Below, piece after piece: positions 47,641-56,377 of a stretch of DNA of 64,000 nucleotides. How positions within the stretch are numbered: the stretch's first letter is position 1; each line of letters begins with the position of its first letter. The notes beneath the pieces were generated by a model, which worked only from the letters and a program-made list of their open reading frames with translations, did not search any database and had not been told where the DNA came from. The translations under genes and the position numbers were made by a program. Origin of the DNA: Epithemia pelagica (taxonomy: Eukaryota > Protista > Bacillariophyta); NCBI GenBank assembly GCA_946965045.2, contig OX337232.1:2418001-2482000 (forward strand), written 5' to 3'.

Positions 47641-48215
47641 AGATGGAGGAGATGGCCGAGTTGATTGACGAGCTGGATCAGATGGCGGATAGGCAGGCTC
47701 AAATAGCCGAGATTATGGGAGAGTTGGGACGGATGGCCGAGAGGCAAGTGGAGATCTCTAGTCGATTGCTTGAATTGAAGGAATTGGCTGAGAGGAGAGT
47801 GCAGCAGGCGATTAATGTGGTGGCGGCAGCGAACGCAGCTGTGGCCGACGGAGGAGGAGGGGGGGAGTGGGAGCCCGATGGAGTAGGAATGCGAGAGGAC
47901 ACACCACGGGGCCGAGAGGAAGGGTCGACGGCCCGTGGAGGAAGATGGGGCTGGCGAGTGGCAAGCAAAGGGGTGGGTGGACCGAGTCCCCGTGGACGTA
48001 CGAGTCCACGAGCACAAGGTGGATTTCGGGGTCGGCGGGCGAGCCGTGGATCGGAGGAGCGTTTCAAAGTTGGGGAGCGGGTTCGGATTCGAAACCCAAA
48101 CGATCCCGCTGACCCAACTGGGCGGGTGGTGAAGGTAACAGACGCACGTATCCACGTGGAGACCGACAATGGCGTGCGTTATTCTCGAGCGGACAAGAAC
48201 ATAGCGAGGATTTAA
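47637..48215 (+). CDS. Antisense accessory ORF-X2 (acidic coiled coil, Gly/Arg-rich linker, KOW/SH3-like C-terminus)
   Basis: 192 aa; MEEMAELIDELDQMADRQAQIAE heptads; RGR/RGG-rich linker; FKVGERVRIRN...GRVVKVTDARIHVETDNG. Confidence 0.72.
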   Translation: MKMEEMAELIDELDQMADRQAQIAEIMGELGRMAERQVEISSRLLELKELAERRVQQAINVVAAANAAVADGGGGGEWEPDGVGMREDTPRGREEGSTARGGRWGWRVASKGVGGPSPRGRTSPRAQGGFRGRRASRGSEERFKVGERVRIRNPNDPADPTGRVVKVTDARIHVETDNGVRYSRADKNIARI

Positions 48216-48283
48216 GGTTGGAGCGCACGAAATAGTGATACCATAACAGAATAGTGAGATACATTTGATGTGAATAGTGGTAG

Positions 48284-49696
48284 TTAAATATTTAGGACGC
48301 CCGCAATGGCCGCTTGACTATGAGGACCAATTGCTTTCGAGCAGTCACGGAGGTAGTGTTTGATCGATTCTTCTTGCCATCGGAGTCGGAAGGCAATTTG
48401 GGGGAGGGGAACTTGAACGTTCCACAACGCTACAGCGGCTGTGACGCGTGTAGAATGGGCGACGAGCAAGTGGGCGTGACGCCGGTGGTAATTATGAGGG
48501 TTTGGGTACGCCTCCAGGCAAGCTTGACGGAGGGCTTTGATGATATCGGCCGACCGAAGGTAGGCTATTTTCCCCGGTTTGACCTGATAGGAGGCGAGGG
48601 GCAGGTGGGCTCCGACCTGGAGGGAGAGGGAGCGGCGGGCAATTGAACAGGATGCGAGCACGGGACAGAGATAAGAGTGGCCGGAACGACGGAAGATGCG
48701 TTTCGTGAAATTATGAGCGCTTTTGTCATGCCGAAAGCGGATCTGGACTGCCAAGACTGTGTGTTCGTGTTTGGGGAGGGAAGCAAGTGGAAGCATGTCG
48801 TTCGCTTGAGTCAAGAAGACGAAGTCACTGGAGACAAAGGCAATAGGTCGATCGTTCCAGGATGGATCATTGGGACAATTGGGAACGGCCGCGAAGACAA
48901 ACTTTGAGCCAGAGGTTTGGGCAAATTCACTGGCACGGGAGCCGGTGAAGAGGCCAAGCCGGATCCAGTCGAAGAGAGTTGCGTCAAGTGACGAAGGAGG
49001 GGCCCCGACTGCACGGCAATAGAGCACGCCAAGGATGGCATCTGTGATGGGTTCCTTACGATCGCGTGGACGTTGCCAGCGACGATGAAATTGTAATGGG
49101 TCGGATAGCAGTGGGTGCAGCAGGGTTGAGTTGGTTGGGTTAGAGATGTTAACAGGGCGGTTGAGGGCAACCTGAAGTGCGGAATGGGCAGCAGTTACGT
49201 AAGATTGAATGGTATCTGCCGCTAGGTCGGACCTCCTGTAGTAGTTCTCGCCGTTTGTGACGTGATGTAGGTAAAGGTGGAGGATGTGTATGCATTCGTT
49301 ATCGGTCAGGCGAGATAAAAGTTCGGGGGTGAGGTGATTGCGAGCGGACCATCGGGAAAAGTGAGCGCCTCGAGAGTCCAAAGTTCGATCATTCTTGTTC
49401 CTAGTTCGTCCTCGGTCCTGTTGAATTTGAAGCTTGTTAATATCACTGATAGCAACCTGGAGGGCACGCGGTAGGCGGTGGATGGGTCCAGCACTGGCTT
49501 GGACTGCTCGATAACGGAGGCCCAGGTGGGCGCAAGGGACGGGCGAGACAACAGGTCGGCATTGTGATTGAGCTCGCCCGCAATATGCGAGGCCTGTAAT
49601 TGAACGGGAATAGGGGCAGAAGTGAGCATGGCTTGAAAAAGACGAGCAAGACGACGAATTGCGGGCCGCTTGGCACGGGCGGCATGGGAGAGCCAC
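48284..49696 (-). CDS. Tyrosine recombinase of the retrotransposon (GTG-defined ORF, no upstream AUG)
   Basis: Catalytic set R (TGSRASEF), K (RHDK), HxxR (HSTR), W (LRW) and Y (KHYLR). Confidence 0.92.
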   Translation of the reverse strand: MALPCRPCQAARNSSSCSSFSSHAHFCPYSRSITGLAYCGRAQSQCRPVVSPVPCAHLGLRYRAVQASAGPIHRLPRALQVAISDINKLQIQQDRGRTRNKNDRTLDSRGAHFSRWSARNHLTPELLSRLTDNECIHILHLYLHHVTNGENYYRRSDLAADTIQSYVTAAHSALQVALNRPVNISNPTNSTLLHPLLSDPLQFHRRWQRPRDRKEPITDAILGVLYCRAVGAPPSSLDATLFDWIRLGLFTGSRASEFAQTSGSKFVFAAVPNCPNDPSWNDRPIAFVSSDFVFLTQANDMLPLASLPKHEHTVLAVQIRFRHDKSAHNFTKRIFRRSGHSYLCPVLASCSIARRSLSLQVGAHLPLASYQVKPGKIAYLRSADIIKALRQACLEAYPNPHNYHRRHAHLLVAHSTRVTAAVALWNVQVPLPQIAFRLRWQEESIKHYLRDCSKAIGPHSQAAIAGVLNI

Positions 49697-52158
49697 GAGA
49701 GCGCCGACGTGTTGTCGGTGCGCATGGAGATGACAAGGGTCTGGGGTTGCGGTGTGGCGTGAGAAGCCACTCGCTGCAGGAACCAGAAGTTTATGAGAAG
49801 GACGACGAATTCAAGCAAGTTGATGTGCCACAGGGCATCGGGCGTGTCTTGAGTTGGATCGGATAATTTGGTGGACTGCATATCTTTTGGCAGGACGAAG
49901 CCCAGGCGAAGTAAGTCGGGTTTGGTTAGTCTCCACATGAAGGGGTAGTGGTTGGATAACCAGCCTCCCAGCCCTTCAATGGAGGCGTCGCCCAAAATTT
50001 CAAATTGCGAAACCCGCGGGATGCATAAAGCAATGGGACGGGTCCAAATGTGGGTCCGAGAAGAATGGAGGGTGGCCAGGAGCGTTCGGAGGTCCATAAC
50101 TGTTTCTCGGTTGAGGGTGAACCGGGTTTTGTGCCAAAAGGAGGCGGCACGTGTGGATTTGCCTGCTGCTGCGGTGGCACGGAGGCGGTCGTTGAGTGCA
50201 TACTGTAGGGACAACGTGTAATAGATGCCCAAGAGTGAGACTGGGGCGCTGTGACGGACGAGGCCCAGAATCGTGGCCGCCATTTGCGGTGAAAGCCGAC
50301 GCCCGTCGGAGGGCGTGGTGGGAAGGTCGAGGGCGCGTTGAAGATAGACCTGTAGTTGTGTCTGTTTATGGGACGGCCAGGAAATTGTCATAGTTCGAGT
50401 GTTGATGATATACCCCAGGAATTTCAGGCTGTGACTGATGTCACGCACAAATTTTATCGGATTAATAGGGTCGGGTCGATGGGGGTCTTCGTCGGGGAAG
50501 CCGAAGGTGACGTATGCGGCGAGAATACTGCTATTGACTAACCGGTGGATCTCCGAGCGGATGGCCGCTCCACCGGTGTCGTCAACGAACGGTGCATACA
50601 CCGGACGAGGAAAGGAGGACGGTTGGGATGCTAACAAGTGGGAGGTGCCTTGATTGAGAGCGTCGGGAGTGGCGGTCGTTAAAGTTCTGAGGGTGCGGGG
50701 GGACGGAGGGGGTGGGATGTCAATGGTGTCCGCCAAGAGAGTACGAGCGGAAGTGAGCTCGGCAAGGTAACGAGAGAGATGGGCTCTTAGCTCCCCCGGT
50801 AGCATGTAGTAGGAAGGACTGTTTTTGGCGCCAAAAATCATTCCAATGGGTATGATTAGGAACCAGCCGAGGACGCTTGCAAATGCTAAGGCAGCGTTGG
50901 GGTTGTATGTGACCCGACGGAAGGCGGCACTGATATCATCTGCGCTGAGCAGTATGTCTTCCGAGGGATGGTCAATACGCAGATTGTAGATGTACCGCAA
51001 AAAGCGTAGGAAAGCCGTGCCATAAGCCACCGCGGGGTTACAGTCATCGTCATGTCCAGCATCAGGAATTTGGGCATTGGTGTTGCCGTCATCAGTGTCT
51101 GTGATTTTGGAGCTTGGATCGATGCACAAGCGGCCGGTGTCGCCGATGCGGTGGGGTTTGGGCGCTACCCAGTTAATGAGTGAAAGGAAAAGACCGGGGA
51201 GGAACTGCCAGATAATGCGGGGAAGGAAAAGATGATACTGTAGCTGTTCCTCTTTCTTGAACTTTTTGGTGATTTCCTCTAAGTTTTCTTGGACCCCGGG
51301 GTAGTTGTCAAGGAGGTTGCGTTGGGAAACGGCAACGCGACTACAGGAATAGTGGCCTGCGAGAGGGGCGCCCAGGTGAAAAAGTTGCCAAGTGCGGGCA
51401 TAGTCCAACCGTGGATAGTCCGGTGGGGGCTCAAAAGCTTTGACGCGGTCAATGATGTCGAAGGTGTCTGCCAGGCGTCTGTGATGATTATTGTAGATTC
51501 CGCCAAGCCAGCGATACATGTCCGCATAGACGAAGTTTGCGCGACAAAGGGCAACGGCAAGCAGAAAAGCCTTACGGAATGGAAGGGGTTGGGATTTGTC
51601 TTCGCAGGGGGGTATGCGACAGACAGCGAGAGAGGTGCCATGAGCAGCAGCAACGCGGAGACGATGATAGAAGTGGAAGCTTGGCGAGGAGGCGACTAGG
51701 TTTTGTTGGTCTTGTGGGGACAAAAAATCCCATGCGTAGTGGCCGAGCAATTCAGGGGAAACAACATGGGGTGCGGTTGCGGCAAGGGGAGTGCCGTCAG
51801 GAGCAGCATGGGATGTGCCGACGTTGAGACGGTCAGGACCGAAACCAATTCGTTTGCGATGGTGTGTGAACGACCAGAGAGGGAACAGGGGAAGAATTCC
51901 CCAGTTGGGCACCAAGGAGGAAGAGGCAAGGAGGAGTTGGGAGCGATCGGCGTCGGTCAAAAAGGGGTTGACGGTGGTTAACACCGTGTGCAACGTTGGC
52001 AACTCATAGGAGACCCGAGAGGGGGCAGCACGTGGGTGAGAAGGAAATACTGGTAGGTTGGGGACGGTAGGGACAGCCTCAGTAGTGGGAGCGGGAAGGG
52101 AGAGGAGAAGATCTGCCGTAGAGGTGGGATAAAATGTCTCTGGTGAAGTGGGAGGCAT
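49306..52158 (-). CDS. Reverse transcriptase-RNase H (DIRS/Ngaro type)
   Basis: RLCIDPS, DDISAAFR, GMIFGAKNSP, PFVDD, KFLGYII; RNase H GDASIEGLGG, INLLEF, TDNTSAL, HIAGELNHNADLLSR. Confidence 0.93.
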   Translation of the reverse strand: MPPTSPETFYPTSTADLLLSLPAPTTEAVPTVPNLPVFPSHPRAAPSRVSYELPTLHTVLTTVNPFLTDADRSQLLLASSSLVPNWGILPLFPLWSFTHHRKRIGFGPDRLNVGTSHAAPDGTPLAATAPHVVSPELLGHYAWDFLSPQDQQNLVASSPSFHFYHRLRVAAAHGTSLAVCRIPPCEDKSQPLPFRKAFLLAVALCRANFVYADMYRWLGGIYNNHHRRLADTFDIIDRVKAFEPPPDYPRLDYARTWQLFHLGAPLAGHYSCSRVAVSQRNLLDNYPGVQENLEEITKKFKKEEQLQYHLFLPRIIWQFLPGLFLSLINWVAPKPHRIGDTGRLCIDPSSKITDTDDGNTNAQIPDAGHDDDCNPAVAYGTAFLRFLRYIYNLRIDHPSEDILLSADDISAAFRRVTYNPNAALAFASVLGWFLIIPIGMIFGAKNSPSYYMLPGELRAHLSRYLAELTSARTLLADTIDIPPPPSPRTLRTLTTATPDALNQGTSHLLASQPSSFPRPVYAPFVDDTGGAAIRSEIHRLVNSSILAAYVTFGFPDEDPHRPDPINPIKFVRDISHSLKFLGYIINTRTMTISWPSHKQTQLQVYLQRALDLPTTPSDGRRLSPQMAATILGLVRHSAPVSLLGIYYTLSLQYALNDRLRATAAAGKSTRAASFWHKTRFTLNRETVMDLRTLLATLHSSRTHIWTRPIALCIPRVSQFEILGDASIEGLGGWLSNHYPFMWRLTKPDLLRLGFVLPKDMQSTKLSDPTQDTPDALWHINLLEFVVLLINFWFLQRVASHATPQPQTLVISMRTDNTSALSWLSHAARAKRPAIRRLARLFQAMLTSAPIPVQLQASHIAGELNHNADLLSRPSLAPTWASVIEQSKPVLDPSTAYRVPSRLLSVILTSFKFNRTEDELGTRMIELWTLEALTFPDGPLAITSPPNFYLA

Positions 52159-52215
52159 TTCATCAGACCACGGCGAACGGGCGCAAGTCGAACCTGGGCG
52201 ATGATGTGCCGGTAG

Positions 52216-55200
52216 TCACGACGAGGGCGGGGGTTGTTGAGGGGCGTTTGGACGGTTCGGACGGTCTGAAGCCATGTGGGCTGCAAATTCCGGTGTGGGT
52301 TGGAGAAGGTGTCGAACGCGATCATGGTGACAGAACTCCCAGAGCGGTTTAAGGGAGGATTGGGGCCAGTTGGAGATAGCCTGGGGAGAAAGGCAGACGT
52401 GGTGTCGATTGCATTGCAACGGTTGGCCTTCCGAGTTTGTGCGTGAACGATGGGGACCGGTGCACCCGACAACAGAGTTCTTGTCGATGTACATAAAGCA
52501 ATATTGCTTTTGGTCGAAACGGGGAATGGTGAGGGAAGACGCGAGGTCGGCAAGGAGCTTACCTGAGTGGGTATAACGTTCCTTCCCTGCCGCAGTGAGG
52601 GAGACAAGCGGGACGAGAGCTTTTTGGCCAGGGCGACGCTGGGGTTGAGCGGAGTCAGAACGAGCACGCTTGGGCGGTGGTTGGTCGGCAGCACGGTCAG
52701 GAGGACGGTCCGAGGGAGAGCGACGCCGTTGGGCACGATCGTAGCGTTCAAGAGGAGAACGAGAGTCACCCCGGTGATCAGGACGAGATGGTAGGAGATA
52801 GTTGGGGGTGGAGCGGCAAAACAAGGGTGACATGGAGTTGGTGTGTTGGTGGGAGAGTATTGTAGGAGCCGTAAACAATAGGGTAAAGGTGGATCTCCAA
52901 TCCAAACAGTAGGTGAGATTTGAGTCGGTTGAATGCGGGCTCACATCGTAGATGAGAGTGCACTGGGGAACAAAGCCTTCAGGGTCGGCGGTGGCGGGGC
53001 AAGCGATTTTGGTACGATTCTGGGCGCCCCAGCGAAGGAATTGTTGAAACAGGTCACAGGTGTGATGGAGAAGGGCCTGAGACAATTGTAGCGTGTGACT
53101 GGGTTGCGAGGAAGCCAATGTCGACCATGCGTCTCGAGTTTGAGCTTGATCAAACTGATGAGCTGCCCAAAGCAATTGACCGGCAAGGGGACCGCGGAGA
53201 AGAAAGGGGCTAAAACCTGGAGGGAATTGGGGGAAGGAGTCGTCGTTGGTGAGTACCGTGTTTAAGAAAAACACAATATGATGGAAGAACAGCTTAAATT
53301 GGGTGCAGGAGAGACCTTGTTGCGGGAGGCGACCCTCTGGGGACAAGGGGATGGACCAGAGGAAGTGCCAAGGAGTGAGGGATAGATATAATGACTTAGG
53401 GTCGTCAAGATGAAGAGTCTGACCTGCGTTGATTCGGAATGTTCTCAGTGCTTTACGCGGGGCTTCTGCGTGAAGGAAAGACTGAGAAAAATCGACGCGG
53501 AACGGAGCCACCGGGTATTTGGAAGCTTCAATGGCGGCGGCGAGGAGGTCAATGGCCGCTACCTCGGCGGCAGAGCTGCGATGATCAGCGCCTGCGTAGG
53601 GCAGAACTTGGCGCAGCCAATCGTTGTTGAGATGGCTGGGGGTATGGAGAAGCTCGTGGGAATAGGAGGGACGTCTTGTGGTTGTGGGCAAGTTGGGGTC
53701 AACCAAACGTAGATCAGTAGGTAGAGCAACGATGCCCAGGAAGGCCCATTGGACTACATGAGGTGGGAGTTGGTCTGTGTCCTGGAAAATAAAGCGGTCA
53801 AAAGTAAATTGACCGCGCTCTTCCATGGTGCGTAGGATGAGGGGAAGATACGCGGAGGAAGCCAAGGTGGAATGCACATATTTGAGCCGTGTGCTCGTAA
53901 ACCAAGTTGGGTTGTCAACCGGGAGATACCATGGTGAGGTAGTGGTGGAAACCAGGGGTGCGTCCCAGGCCTGACGTTGGTGCGCCAAGGGGTTGAAGGA
54001 TTGGGAGTGGTAGGACTCCATGGCTGGAGAGGCTGGGTGATAATGAGTGGGTCGACGTGGTGGGTTGTGGGGTGCATGAGGAGAGGCGTTGGAGTAGGCA
54101 TTGGCTGTAGAGGTGGAAGGAGACCGCTGGAGGCGGGGGGGAGGAAGGGGGGGGAGGAAATGCTCCTGTCGCGAGGGAGGACGAGGCTGAAGTTGCTGAA
54201 TTGAGGTTTGGGTGGGAAACGGCGGTGGGTCCGGACCGACGAGGAGACGATTCTGATGGGGTTGAGGTGGCGGCTGCTGTGGTTCCAGCTGCTGAGGGGG
54301 TGGAGGAGCACGCTGTTGTGGTTCCATCGGCGGGGGTTGCAGAGGAGCACGAGAGACAGGGACTGGGGCAGGAAATCGTGGCGAGGGGTCCAGGGCTGCT
54401 GGTGAGGGAATGCGAGCCGTTGGAGGGTGAAAGGCTGTAGGACGACGAGAGAGGCTTTCTGCGGGCGGTTCCAGAGGGAATGGTCGAACTTCCGGTGTCT
54501 GGGGAGAGGAAGGAGGGTTTGTTTGCGAGGGTTTGTCCGGGGAATCGACATTCAAACGGGTAACCGTGTTGGGTTGGGGTGGGTTGAGGGACGAAGATGG
54601 TGACCGATCGTGTGGGGTGGATATGACGCGTTGAGCGAGATGATCGTTTGGGAGGTGATTCAAAAAATCCGGAAGGTATTTTTGGACATCAAAGGAAGAA
54701 AAGGATTTGAAACCGTAGGAGGTGGACCACGATTGTGTTTGAGGGCGAAAGAGGAAAGGAACGTATGTGTGGGTGTTGTCCACGTGAGGGATGTTTTGAG
54801 GGAGGAACAGGTCAACGTCTTGGGAGGATAGCATGTTTGCTTTCTCCCGAAAGAAAGTGAAGAATTTGGTTCGCATGGTATGGGACGGATTGTTTTGGAG
54901 GAGTGCATCTGAGAAAAGCTTGGTTGTAAGGGAGAAGAAAGGATGCACAAACAGGGCTTCATAAGGGTGGATACGAGCCGGATAAGAACGGGGAAGGTTG
55001 GTAGAGATGGGGACGTTCTTGAGGGTGGTGAGGTCGGATGCTATTTGCTTGGAAGTGTGCCAAACAGTAGCAAAGTCGTCGGCGCGTTGACTCACGGTGA
55101 GGAGCCAATCGTTGACAAAAGGGACGTCAAGCCAAGAGAGAGTTGTTGCCAAGTCTTTGAGATGGGAAGAACGAGTGGCTGGCATCGGGTTGTAGGTTTG

Positions 55201-56043
55201 ATTCCAACCAAGAATAGCGTTAATTAAACTGGCGGAGTCAGGAATGGAGGCAGGATCGAAAAGGAGACCAATAGGAAGATGATGATGACGAGGAAGGGGA
55301 AGGGCGGAAAGAGCAATCCAGGAGCCCTCGATAGGAGAAGTGTTCTCAACGGGAATTGTGAGAATGGGTTCGTCGACGCGATGGAGGCGCGAGAAAATTT
55401 GATGGGCATGTGGGGGGGAGTCTTGGGAGGGGATCCAAAGAGAATGCCACGGGTCGTCAGGCGAGTGGAGGCGTGACGTAGACTGTTCAAGGATAACAGT
55501 GGAAAATAGGGCTCGGTGAGCACGGAGGGAGGCCAGTATGGAACTGGGGTGGGAAGTAATCCACGAGTAGGGGTTAAGTTGTGAAATGGATTGGGGACGG
55601 ATGCCCGATTGGAAAGCGAACGCAGGGGCAATTAACGTTGTAGGAAAACGAAACTGCGAGGAGCTGATTTTCTGGGGGGTATCGGAAAATACATGTGCTT
55701 GCAAGCCTTTTCCGTTGAAGGCAAACGCAGTGGGCCCGAGGACAACCAGGTAAGGGCCGGATGGGGGTGGGATTTTGGAGGAAAGCTTGCTGGGATCGGT
55801 GGTGGGAGCCGAGTCAAGCTGGACAACGGCTAGGAAGCCGGCAATAGTAGGTGAGTCTGCAGCCAGGGTATACTTGGCAGGGGAAGTAACTACGGTAGCG
55901 TCGGGAGAGGAATTATTTGGCCCAAAATTCAAGGAAAGAAGATTGGCCAAAAATTCCTTCTGGATTTCCTTGGATTTTTCTTCAGGGGACAAGAAAATAA
56001 AGTCTTTAGAGTTTTGGAGATCGGTAGGGTGAAGAGGAGACAT
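52216..56043 (-). CDS. Large gag-like ORF1 of the YR element
   Basis: Open for 1366 codons from 56316 (inside repeat A1); probable start MSPLHP at 56043. Pro/Gln-rich centre; C-terminal Cys/His cluster YCF...GC...CNRHHVC. Confidence 0.8.
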   Translation of the reverse strand: MSPLHPTDLQNSKDFIFLSPEEKSKEIQKEFLANLLSLNFGPNNSSPDATVVTSPAKYTLAADSPTIAGFLAVVQLDSAPTTDPSKLSSKIPPPSGPYLVVLGPTAFAFNGKGLQAHVFSDTPQKISSSQFRFPTTLIAPAFAFQSGIRPQSISQLNPYSWITSHPSSILASLRAHRALFSTVILEQSTSRLHSPDDPWHSLWIPSQDSPPHAHQIFSRLHRVDEPILTIPVENTSPIEGSWIALSALPLPRHHHLPIGLLFDPASIPDSASLINAILGWNQTYNPMPATRSSHLKDLATTLSWLDVPFVNDWLLTVSQRADDFATVWHTSKQIASDLTTLKNVPISTNLPRSYPARIHPYEALFVHPFFSLTTKLFSDALLQNNPSHTMRTKFFTFFREKANMLSSQDVDLFLPQNIPHVDNTHTYVPFLFRPQTQSWSTSYGFKSFSSFDVQKYLPDFLNHLPNDHLAQRVISTPHDRSPSSSLNPPQPNTVTRLNVDSPDKPSQTNPPSSPQTPEVRPFPLEPPAESLSRRPTAFHPPTARIPSPAALDPSPRFPAPVPVSRAPLQPPPMEPQQRAPPPPQQLEPQQPPPQPHQNRLLVGPDPPPFPTQTSIQQLQPRPPSRQEHFLPPLPPPRLQRSPSTSTANAYSNASPHAPHNPPRRPTHYHPASPAMESYHSQSFNPLAHQRQAWDAPLVSTTTSPWYLPVDNPTWFTSTRLKYVHSTLASSAYLPLILRTMEERGQFTFDRFIFQDTDQLPPHVVQWAFLGIVALPTDLRLVDPNLPTTTRRPSYSHELLHTPSHLNNDWLRQVLPYAGADHRSSAAEVAAIDLLAAAIEASKYPVAPFRVDFSQSFLHAEAPRKALRTFRINAGQTLHLDDPKSLYLSLTPWHFLWSIPLSPEGRLPQQGLSCTQFKLFFHHIVFFLNTVLTNDDSFPQFPPGFSPFLLRGPLAGQLLWAAHQFDQAQTRDAWSTLASSQPSHTLQLSQALLHHTCDLFQQFLRWGAQNRTKIACPATADPEGFVPQCTLIYDVSPHSTDSNLTYCLDWRSTFTLLFTAPTILSHQHTNSMSPLFCRSTPNYLLPSRPDHRGDSRSPLERYDRAQRRRSPSDRPPDRAADQPPPKRARSDSAQPQRRPGQKALVPLVSLTAAGKERYTHSGKLLADLASSLTIPRFDQKQYCFMYIDKNSVVGCTGPHRSRTNSEGQPLQCNRHHVCLSPQAISNWPQSSLKPLWEFCHHDRVRHLLQPTPEFAAHMASDRPNRPNAPQQPPPSS

Positions 56044-56236
56044 GCCGGAGAACTGATTTGGATAGGTTGTGGTGGATGCCACAGGCTTGAACAAACAAGA
56101 GGGGGAAAACGAAAGGAACGACTGGGTCGTATCGGGAGAGATTAATCCGCGAAGGGTAGGATTAATAGCGAAAGATAACGACATGACAAAGGAAGCAAAG
56201 GCAAAGACAAGAAAGAAAGAAGAAAAGAAGAAAAAC

Positions 56237-56377
56237 ACCAACAGCAAACTTGATAGAGATTGCGTTGCTCCAAAAACTCTGAGCTCCATGGCTGCTGTTG
56301 GCAGACTCCTAGACATAGCTAGTGTGATCTAGCTAGACTACGTGTAGCTACCTGAGTGTCCTGTCGCTGACGCACAC
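56237..56377 (-). repeat. Split direct repeat A1 (141 bp)
   Basis: Same sequence as 46205-46345. Confidence 0.95.

Larger units (their letters stand above)
46071..56377 (-). mobile_element. Full-length tyrosine-recombinase retrotransposon with split direct repeats (Ngaro/PAT-type)
   Basis: On the minus strand: A1, gag-like ORF, RT/RNase H, YR, B1-A2-B2. Repeat copies look identical, and all ORFs are open. Confidence 0.95.

Noticed and set aside
46902-48155. 417-aa minus-strand ORF downstream of YR in the element's sense direction
   Set aside because: Reads as the reverse complement of ORF-X1/X2 (Ser/Leu/Pro-rich, no motifs); the + strand pair has heptads, a KOW-like motif and a coupled start/stop. 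Not fully excluded.
46071-56377. Prophage, integron or bacterial contamination suggested by the tyrosine recombinase
   Set aside because: The YR is linked to DIRS-type RT/RNase H and split direct repeats, within intron-containing eukaryotic genes.
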